NCBI GenBank assembly: GCA_964458035.1
Contig: CAYWFZ010000002.1
Location: 484-64,483 of the forward strand
Length of the DNA stretch: 64,000 bases
Origin: an uncultured Muribaculaceae bacterium
Lineage (GTDB): Bacteria > Bacillota_I > Bacilli_A > RF39 > UBA660
Reading direction: 5' to 3'
Shown here: in pieces, positions 36,265 through 42,913 of the stretch
Layout of the letters: each line of letters opens with the position of its first letter
Position numbering within the stretch: position 1 is the stretch's first letter
Translations under genes and position numbers: made by a program
The notes under the pieces: generated by a model
The model's input: the letters and a program-made list of their open reading frames with translations, nothing else
Database searches by the model: none
Told to the model about the DNA's origin: nothing

Positions 36265-37599
36265 CTTTTTCTTTATACATTCATGATTTATTTTACCTGT
36301 ACCTAAATAGTTTAAATCAACTCCTAAAGTTGTTTCTAACCAGTTTAGATATTCCCTAACATATCTATCAATATCGACATTCTCATATTCCCCAGTCTTA
36401 TGAGCAAAATCAAGATTTAAATGTTGAAAAAAATTTAAATATATTCCATCAGGATCATTCATACGTACATTTTGTTTTAATTTTCTAATATCTAAATCAA
36501 ATATTTTTCTTTCCATTCTTGTAACTGAAGTCATCTCTGATAAATCTGTTAAATATGGATCTTCTAAACCACTTAAATCAATTACATCAGAAATATACTT
36601 GCGTATTCCCATTCTTTTATTAATAAGTCTCTCCATTTCAAGAGCATCAACAACTGTTACATCTGACATAGACACATTAGTATAATTTTCTCCAAATATT
36701 TGTAACTTATCCCGATTAGTAGTTTGATTTAATAACTTAATCTTTATTTCATCATTTATTTCTTCATAATCAGAAAATTGGTCTACTGTTGGATAAACAC
36801 CAAATTTAGATGCAAAATTTATATGACTCCAAGTTAACTTATCGGCAGTTCCATAACCACCTGTATAAATATACTCACCATCTCTAGTAATATCATTAAT
36901 TCTAATAGGAAATGGCCTTATAACCATATCAGCATAAAGAAGTCTTCTTGGAGAAACACCTGCCTCTTGAAGCATATTAGAAACTGAAATATTTCTTGAA
37001 GTCACATTAGGATGTTCTCCACTAAAATTTAATGATAAATCACATCCTTGAGCTCCCTCGAACAAAACTGTTTCATCTTTACTATCTAAATGTTTATATA
37101 ATAAATCTAACCAATCTGCATTTTTTAAAACTACCGCATTTTTATACCCTTTAAAAAATTCAAGTTCAGGATTTCTTATTATCTTATCTTGGTTACATGC
37201 AGCACACCCATGATAAGTTGAACCACTTTTAATAATTCTCTTTTCCCGCATTTTATGCTCTTCAGTTACTAAAGGAACTAGTTCATGAACATATATCTTG
37301 CGGTTACCTAAGAAGTGTTCATGTTCATCATATTCACGCTTAAATTCTTCCATATCAATTACTGAACTAGGACCAATAAATAATTCAACGTCTCTATTTA
37401 CTGAAGCAACGGGAATGTTTCTAAAAAGGTGAGATACTCCATATTCATCGACAAATGTATGCCCTGCATTAGGCATCGAGTTTGTAAGACTTGCTCCAAC
37501 CGAATATATGGGATTAGTAGCAATCTCACCACACACCTTCGCCTTACCACAAGACCCCGCTTCTCCATCAAAAACACATATTATATTATTATTAACCAT
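36250..37599 (-). CDS. Divergent adenylosuccinate synthetase (PurA)-like enzyme
   Basis: Track ORF trimmed to the ATG at 37599, which has a GGGAGGG RBS. 'NAGHT' and 'FEGAQG' are kept in the PurA order. The other PurA motifs are altered: 'GEAGSCGKAK' (vs GDEGKGK), 'GSTYHGCAAC' (vs GTTGRGIGP), 'SVTRMERK' (vs TTGRRRR), 'HLNLD' and 'GTGK'. Confidence 0.65.
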   Translation of the reverse strand: MVNNNIICVFDGEAGSCGKAKVCGEIATNPIYSVGASLTNSMPNAGHTFVDEYGVSHLFRNIPVASVNRDVELFIGPSSVIDMEEFKREYDEHEHFLGNRKIYVHELVPLVTEEHKMREKRIIKSGSTYHGCAACNQDKIIRNPELEFFKGYKNAVVLKNADWLDLLYKHLDSKDETVLFEGAQGCDLSLNFSGEHPNVTSRNISVSNMLQEAGVSPRRLLYADMVIRPFPIRINDITRDGEYIYTGGYGTADKLTWSHINFASKFGVYPTVDQFSDYEEINDEIKIKLLNQTTNRDKLQIFGENYTNVSMSDVTVVDALEMERLINKRMGIRKYISDVIDLSGLEDPYLTDLSEMTSVTRMERKIFDLDIRKLKQNVRMNDPDGIYLNFFQHLNLDFAHKTGEYENVDIDRYVREYLNWLETTLGVDLNYLGTGKINHECIKKKELTL

Positions 37600-37614
37600 A
37601 AACCCTCCCAAGAT

Positions 37615-38283
37615 TTAAATATTATCCCAAATCCTTTTATATTGTTTAATTTGACTCTCTAAACTAATTTGTGCAGCTGGATGAAAGACTGGAACAATTA
37701 TATAGTTATCTAACTTTATAATTGGATACTTCTCAATTGATTTAGTTAGATTAGATTCTAAAGGAAACCCATATATCTTAGACAAAGCTAAAAGTGGGTA
37801 ATACCCAAGAGTAACTATAACTTTTGGTTCAACTATTTCAATTTGTCTTCTTAAAAAACTAGAACATGCACATGTCGAATATTTTAAATCTATATTATTA
37901 CCACGATAATTTGTGCCATTTCTTGCACACATTATGGCATTAGTTATAAATATCCTACTTTCATCCATTTCTTTATTAGTCATTTTTAAAAACTTAAATA
38001 GATTCTTCTTAGTTAAACTTTTCTCTTCATCAATTAAATATTCCCAACTCTCACCATTTTTATATCTTTTATATAATATTTCCATATCTTTATATGGTCC
38101 CCAATCTTGACCAATAATCATTACATCAGCATCTAAGTGATTTAACCAATCAGTCCAAATGGAAGGAACTAAAAAAGCCATATCAGTAGAATAAAAGTTA
38201 ATCAAAGATTTACTCTGTAAATGCAAACACTTATCACATTTACTTATATCTCTTACTAAAGATTTAAATTCATCACTTTTCAT
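37615..38283 (-). CDS. Uracil-DNA glycosylase superfamily protein (family-4-like, altered motif A)
   Basis: 222 aa. 'CDKC' at the N-terminus, 'IIGQDWGP' in the motif A position, 'FITNAIMCAR', 'IEIVEPKVIVTLG' and 'VFHPAAQ' (motif B). Confidence 0.6.
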   Translation of the reverse strand: MKSDEFKSLVRDISKCDKCLHLQSKSLINFYSTDMAFLVPSIWTDWLNHLDADVMIIGQDWGPYKDMEILYKRYKNGESWEYLIDEEKSLTKKNLFKFLKMTNKEMDESRIFITNAIMCARNGTNYRGNNIDLKYSTCACSSFLRRQIEIVEPKVIVTLGYYPLLALSKIYGFPLESNLTKSIEKYPIIKLDNYIIVPVFHPAAQISLESQIKQYKRIWDNI

Positions 38284-39028
38284 CTAGTACACTTTCATCT
38301 AATTCAATAAATCCGCCTCTACTCCAAAGCCATAAAGGTGTATGAATATCTATTGGCTTATAAGGTGTCCCCTTAAGTGCATTCTTCCATGCTTCAATTA
38401 CTAATTCTTGAACATCACTTCTATTCATTTCATCATCACTTATAAGACCGAGCTTATGAGTAGCCTTAATTACATGTGTATCAGGCGCAACCGTTAAACA
38501 TTCAGGATTAACATAAACAGTATCTGTATATTGCATTATTACATAAAGCCAATAATTTACAAGTTTAGTTCCACTTAAATAAGGAAATGCTTTTTTATAT
38601 TTCAAGATAAAATCTCGTATTTTATTAACGTCATTACCTTCGCTTTTAAAAAGAATACGTATATCGCCATCAAATAAATCAGTTATTGTTTGACATAATT
38701 TAATCCATATTTCAGTCTGTTTATTTTTTTGTAAGGCAACTTTATATTTCACTAAAGCACTCTGTACTTCTTCAAAACTTCTTTTTAAAACTTCTTCCGG
38801 CTTAAAAAGAAATGATGTTTCTGGATCATGCGCCGTTTTATTGGCTCCTTCCCATAAAGTATAAGAATTCCTTTGATAATTTAATGCCATAGGTAACGTG
38901 AAATATAAATAATTTTCTAAAGAGGATTTAGAATAATGAGGATTTTCATCCTCTGGCATTACTTCTCCACCCAACATACCTTTTTTATGCATTGCCATTA
39001 ATATCTCGCATTTCTTTATAATATCCAT
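38273..39028 (-). CDS. HhH-GPD superfamily DNA glycosylase-like protein
   Basis: 251 aa. 'LSGTKLVNYWL...VAPDTHVIKATHKLGLI' parallels EndoIII 'GVGRKTANVVL...VDTHVFRVSNRLG'. Paralogous pattern to the 19103-19852 protein. 11-nt overlap with the downstream UDG-like gene. Confidence 0.5.
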   Translation of the reverse strand: MDIIKKCEILMAMHKKGMLGGEVMPEDENPHYSKSSLENYLYFTLPMALNYQRNSYTLWEGANKTAHDPETSFLFKPEEVLKRSFEEVQSALVKYKVALQKNKQTEIWIKLCQTITDLFDGDIRILFKSEGNDVNKIRDFILKYKKAFPYLSGTKLVNYWLYVIMQYTDTVYVNPECLTVAPDTHVIKATHKLGLISDDEMNRSDVQELVIEAWKNALKGTPYKPIDIHTPLWLWSRGGFIELDESVLDEK

Positions 39029-39054
39029 AACATATCACCTAACAACATTATAGC

Positions 39055-39080
39055 ATAAAAATAAGTGCATATATGCACTT
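39055..39080 (-). terminator. Rho-independent terminator after the 39083-40462 gene
   Basis: Perfect palindrome AAGTGCATATATGCACTT (39063-39080). On the minus strand it is followed by a U-rich run. Confidence 0.7.
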
Positions 39081-39082
39081 AC

Positions 39083-40462
39083 TTAACGTAATTCTTTTTT
39101 TGAATTCACTGGTACCTCATAAACTTTATCAGATGTAGCAATATAATCAAGTAACTCATCAAAAGTTAAATAATCAGGAATATCAAGAAGCTCATAAAGA
39201 GTCTCACCAGGAGCCATACAAGCTGTATATCTTCCTATTAATCTTTCAAAAGAATCAAATTTATAAATACCTTCACTATTAGAAAATGGAACACCCATTA
39301 AACAAGCATTTTCAAATTCATCCAAATAAACAACAAATGTTTTAAATTGAACTTTAGAGTTACTATCTAGACTTTGATTAACAAATACTGTTGCTTGATA
39401 TCCAAGTCTTTTTAAAGTAGTTAAAATAAACTTAGCAAATTCTATATTAGTACCATAAGATTTAGAAAGCGTTTCTTCAAACGGAGATACACGATATCTT
39501 CTTTCAATATCATATGGATTTTTATGAAGTTCATTCTTTTCATCAAACCAACCATATGCAAAATTAGAATTCATATAATCTAGTATATCTTGAGGAGTTT
39601 TTACATGTTTATAAGAAGCGGCAGACATCTTTACTCCTAAATCAGAGCCACAATAATTTACAGTTCTAACTATTAAAAATTTTTCTATCATTTTTCTATA
39701 TTCTGGATTTCTTAAAAGTAAATCAAAATTATATCTATTTTTTAAAGGCATCTTCTTCTTTTCCATCTTTTCAACAGCTAAAGGTGATTCATAAACATTA
39801 AAATCATTATTTAAAACTGTATAATCATCTTCTGTTGCAGGAATCTTAGGTACTTTTGACGATAGCAAATAATTAACCATAAAATAACTAAGTAAATATC
39901 CTGAATATCTAGGAGAACCAATTGTATGTTGACCATTACCCTCATTATAAAGATAAGCTATATTTGGTATTTCTTTTCTACGCCCTACAATTCTTCTTAA
40001 AAAAGCACTTTTACTCTTTTCCTTACTATTTTGTAATGCACTTCTTTCACCCGATAAAGTCTGTGCAATTCCCTCATCTAACCACAAAGGACGTTCAAAA
40101 CTATCAGCATAAATTGATGCATATATAATATGACTATACTGATGAACTATTTTATTAACAACACTAGTTAAATTCTTGTTATTAAGCATTTGTTTAACGT
40201 ATACACCAATTCCCTTATTGGAGTAAGATCCTTCAGCATATTCTTCATACTTCTTCTTAGTCTTCTTAGCTTCATCCTTTAAATCTTCTAAATCAGCAAA
40301 TAAAGTAACTTTTACCGGTCTATAGTCTGATACATTAAAAAAACTTCGAACTAAACTTGCTTTTTCCGAAACCATTTCCAATATACTTTCTAAATATGGT
40401 CTAAATTCGTCACTACCCTGTATAGTGAAATATTCATTACTTATATTTGCCATATAATTCAC
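39083..40462 (-). CDS. Two-domain protein: gluzincin-like N-domain with HQxxH, transglutaminase-like C-domain lacking the Cys
   Basis: 459 aa. 'VHQYSHIIY...(about 20 aa)...LDEGIAQ' follows the HExxH...E pattern with E replaced by Q. The C-terminus 'YGTNIEFAKFILTTLKRLGYQATVFV' resembles 'G.C..FA.....R..GIPAR' without the Cys. Confidence 0.35.
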   Translation of the reverse strand: MNYMANISNEYFTIQGSDEFRPYLESILEMVSEKASLVRSFFNVSDYRPVKVTLFADLEDLKDEAKKTKKKYEEYAEGSYSNKGIGVYVKQMLNNKNLTSVVNKIVHQYSHIIYASIYADSFERPLWLDEGIAQTLSGERSALQNSKEKSKSAFLRRIVGRRKEIPNIAYLYNEGNGQHTIGSPRYSGYLLSYFMVNYLLSSKVPKIPATEDDYTVLNNDFNVYESPLAVEKMEKKKMPLKNRYNFDLLLRNPEYRKMIEKFLIVRTVNYCGSDLGVKMSAASYKHVKTPQDILDYMNSNFAYGWFDEKNELHKNPYDIERRYRVSPFEETLSKSYGTNIEFAKFILTTLKRLGYQATVFVNQSLDSNSKVQFKTFVVYLDEFENACLMGVPFSNSEGIYKFDSFERLIGRYTACMAPGETLYELLDIPDYLTFDELLDYIATSDKVYEVPVNSKKELR

Positions 40463-40477
40463 CTATTATAATTATAA

Positions 40478-40510
40478 CAAATAAAAGAGAATAAATCTCA
40501 CTTTATTCTC
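40478..40510 (-). terminator. Rho-independent terminator after the 40498-41598 gene
   Basis: GAGAATAAA (40487-40495) / TTTATTCTC (40502-40510) overlapping the gene end. U-run on the minus strand. Confidence 0.65.
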
Positions 40511-41598
40511 ATATTTAGCAATTTTTTTACTCTTTTTTTAAATTTTACTCTTGCAGAAGTAACCTTATAAGTTCTAAGTTCTTTCATAAATACATCATAT
40601 AGTGAATTAAACTCTTGTAATATACCTGCATATTCTTCTTCTGTAATAAGTTCTTTTTTCAAATAGTCGTATAGTCTTTTATTAACAAAATCTTTTAAAA
40701 ATTTAGATATTTTAATAAAACTTTTAGTATCAATCCCATGTCCTTCAACATATTGTTTATAAGCCTTATCAATTTTTGTTAGCAACTCCAAATAAGCACT
40801 TTTATACTCATACTTATCAAATTCATCCATTACAGCAATTGGATTTCTAATACTTTCAGAAATAAATATATTATTTGGTAAGACAGAAGATTTTTTACCT
40901 ATCCTACTTGCTTCAAGTAAACCTTTATTATGTAAATAATTCTTATCCATCCAGTTATCACTTGATAAACTAAATGCTGAAACAAACATTTGAAAGAATG
41001 TAAGTAAATCATCTGTAGGAGAAAGAAAGTATTTATCATCATTATGATCATAATATCTAAATAAATCATCTATTATAAAGTCTGGCTCATTTCTCTTTTT
41101 TACAACAGCTACAGCTAGTAATTGTGCTAAACTATCTGCCATATAATACCCTGGTGTATATTCATGTCCATCTGTATCACATTTAAAAAAACCTGAATAA
41201 TTAGAAACATCATATATATCTGCATCTAAAAAGGCATTTCTTTTAAAATAAGAGCCATATACGTTATTAAAAATAACCATTAAAGCATGCCACAATTCAT
41301 GTGAGAAAATAACTTCTATATATTTTATATCTCCATTATATTCACTAGTTCCATACATTTTGATATCTGTTAAACCATCACTTGAAAACCTTGTATGTCC
41401 ATGAACTTTCTCATTTAAATCTTCATCTTTATAATTCCAATCTCGTATTTCTAGTGACTTTATTCTATCTAACACTTTTTCATTAAATAATTCTGTAATC
41501 ATTCTATCAGAATCTCCAAATAGCATACTGATATTATCGCCTAATATTTGTTGAAAAAGCGTATAATCTTTATTAGTCGAAACATTTATAGTATCCAT
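40498..41598 (-). CDS. Putative zinc metallopeptidase-like protein (HExxH)
   Basis: 366 aa. 'VIFSHELWHALMV'. No signal peptide. Confidence 0.4.
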   Translation of the reverse strand: MDTINVSTNKDYTLFQQILGDNISMLFGDSDRMITELFNEKVLDRIKSLEIRDWNYKDEDLNEKVHGHTRFSSDGLTDIKMYGTSEYNGDIKYIEVIFSHELWHALMVIFNNVYGSYFKRNAFLDADIYDVSNYSGFFKCDTDGHEYTPGYYMADSLAQLLAVAVVKKRNEPDFIIDDLFRYYDHNDDKYFLSPTDDLLTFFQMFVSAFSLSSDNWMDKNYLHNKGLLEASRIGKKSSVLPNNIFISESIRNPIAVMDEFDKYEYKSAYLELLTKIDKAYKQYVEGHGIDTKSFIKISKFLKDFVNKRLYDYLKKELITEEEYAGILQEFNSLYDVFMKELRTYKVTSARVKFKKRVKKLLNMRIK

Positions 41599-41643
41599 AA
41601 TAATCCCCCTTAAAAAAATAATACACCTATTATAGCATATTTT

Positions 41644-42300
41644 TTATTTTTGTGCTTGAATCCATTTTATATCTTCAATAGCTTTATCAACATTGAAGAA
41701 TCCATTACCTACTGGATAATACACCGAGTAAAAATCAAATTCTTCTCCATTGATGTTTTTTACAAACTTTTTCTTTCGAACATTAGATACACTTATGCGT
41801 TCATCTAGCATTATTGAACTTACCTGATTGCCAAATAATACAATGGCCTTTGGTTTAATAATATTAAACTCATATTCTAAGTATTTTTTATATTCTAAGA
41901 ATACTGAATCTGGAAGTGGTCTTGCATCTACTTGTGTACACTTTCCTAAGTTAGTTATAAAAAATTTATGTTTTTTTACATTGTCATATACAAGGCGAGA
42001 AAAATCATAATCCCATTCAGATCCTTTTTTTTCGCGTATACTTGCATATATATCATCATCTAATAAATCTAAGTCATGAAAAAGTGTCCATATATTTTTA
42101 GTGCCTATCCAAGGATGTTTTGGACCCTTCCAGCTTTTATCAGCAGCTATATTTCTTCTCGTTGGATTCATAAAAACAAAACAAATATCAGGGTGATCTT
42201 CACATCCACCATTGTAGATTGAATCAAGTTCTTTATCACCATATTTTTTCTGTAAACGATCATATACTTTATATAAATCATCCATTATTTTATATTTCAT
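41644..42300 (-). CDS. Uracil-DNA glycosylase superfamily protein
   Basis: 218 aa. 'ICFVFMNPT' (motif A position, MUG/SMUG-like xxNPx), 'FFITNLGKC', 'IKPKAIVLFG' and 'YYPVGNG' (motif B position). Confidence 0.55.
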   Translation of the reverse strand: MKYKIMDDLYKVYDRLQKKYGDKELDSIYNGGCEDHPDICFVFMNPTRRNIAADKSWKGPKHPWIGTKNIWTLFHDLDLLDDDIYASIREKKGSEWDYDFSRLVYDNVKKHKFFITNLGKCTQVDARPLPDSVFLEYKKYLEYEFNIIKPKAIVLFGNQVSSIMLDERISVSNVRKKKFVKNINGEEFDFYSVYYPVGNGFFNVDKAIEDIKWIQAQK

Positions 42301-42324
42301 AATACCACCTACCTAAATTATATC

Positions 42325-42360
42325 ATAAAAAAAGATTACATATTTTTTAAAGTAATCTTT
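42325..42360 (-). terminator. Terminator hairpin after the 42336-42869 gene
   Basis: AAAGATTAC (42331-42339) / GTAATCTTT (42352-42360) with a 12-nt loop. U-run on the minus strand. Confidence 0.5.
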
Positions 42361-42869
42361 TCATCTCTTTCGTATTTTATTTCTCCCACTAATATCTTAT
42401 ATAGTAACTTGAATGCTCCATCAAATGACACATCATAACCTGTTACAAACTCGTCAACTTTCATTCCTTGAGTTTTAACATAAAAATCATCTAATTTAAG
42501 ATGGTCTTCAATACTCCATATTATGCGAAAATGTGTATAACAACTTATAAGTTCAATTATATAATGAAGTATTTGCGATAATCCATCCATTCTATTCTCA
42601 ACTTGATTCTTATCTAAAGCAGCCATTATATCAAAAAGACTTGATTCATCGCTTAACCCCAACGCTTTTCTATATATAAAAACTTTATCAAGTAAATAAA
42701 CTCTTAAAGCCTCTAATTCCATTTTTAATCTGTCTTCATTACTTGTTAGTTCTTCATAACCATTTTCCCTTAAAAAATTGGCTATTTTATATCGAATATC
42801 TTCTGTTTCAATATTAATCTCTGTTATTACCTCGTCCATAAAGCACCTCACAAAATCATATTCTAACAT
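42336..42869 (-). CDS. Hypothetical protein
   Basis: 177-aa ORF, predicted helical. No motif recognised. Confidence 0.5.
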   Translation of the reverse strand: MLEYDFVRCFMDEVITEINIETEDIRYKIANFLRENGYEELTSNEDRLKMELEALRVYLLDKVFIYRKALGLSDESSLFDIMAALDKNQVENRMDGLSQILHYIIELISCYTHFRIIWSIEDHLKLDDFYVKTQGMKVDEFVTGYDVSFDGAFKLLYKILVGEIKYERDEKITLKNM

Positions 42870-42885
42870 AAGATTAAATAATCCA

Positions 42886-42913
42886 CAATAAAAAGGATAC
42901 CAAGTATCCTTTT
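42886..42913 (-). terminator. Terminator hairpin after the 867-aa gene
   Basis: AAAAGGATAC (42891-42900) / GTATCCTTTT (42904-42913). Confidence 0.6.

Noticed and set aside
36250-37611. Calling this gene housekeeping purA (adenylosuccinate synthetase)
   Set aside because: The P-loop, IMP loop and Asp-binding Arg cluster are all substituted, and there is an insertion of about 90 aa. Canonical PurA is far more conserved. I kept it as 'PurA-like' only.
36250-39028. Interpreting the operon as a PurZ-type 2-aminoadenine (Z-genome) cluster
   Set aside because: The known PurZ context (phage genome, MazZ-like (d)GTP pyrophosphatase, DatZ dATPase, DpoZ polymerase) is absent, and the neighbours here are glycosylase-like genes. 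I cite PurZ only as a precedent for PurA-fold repurposing.
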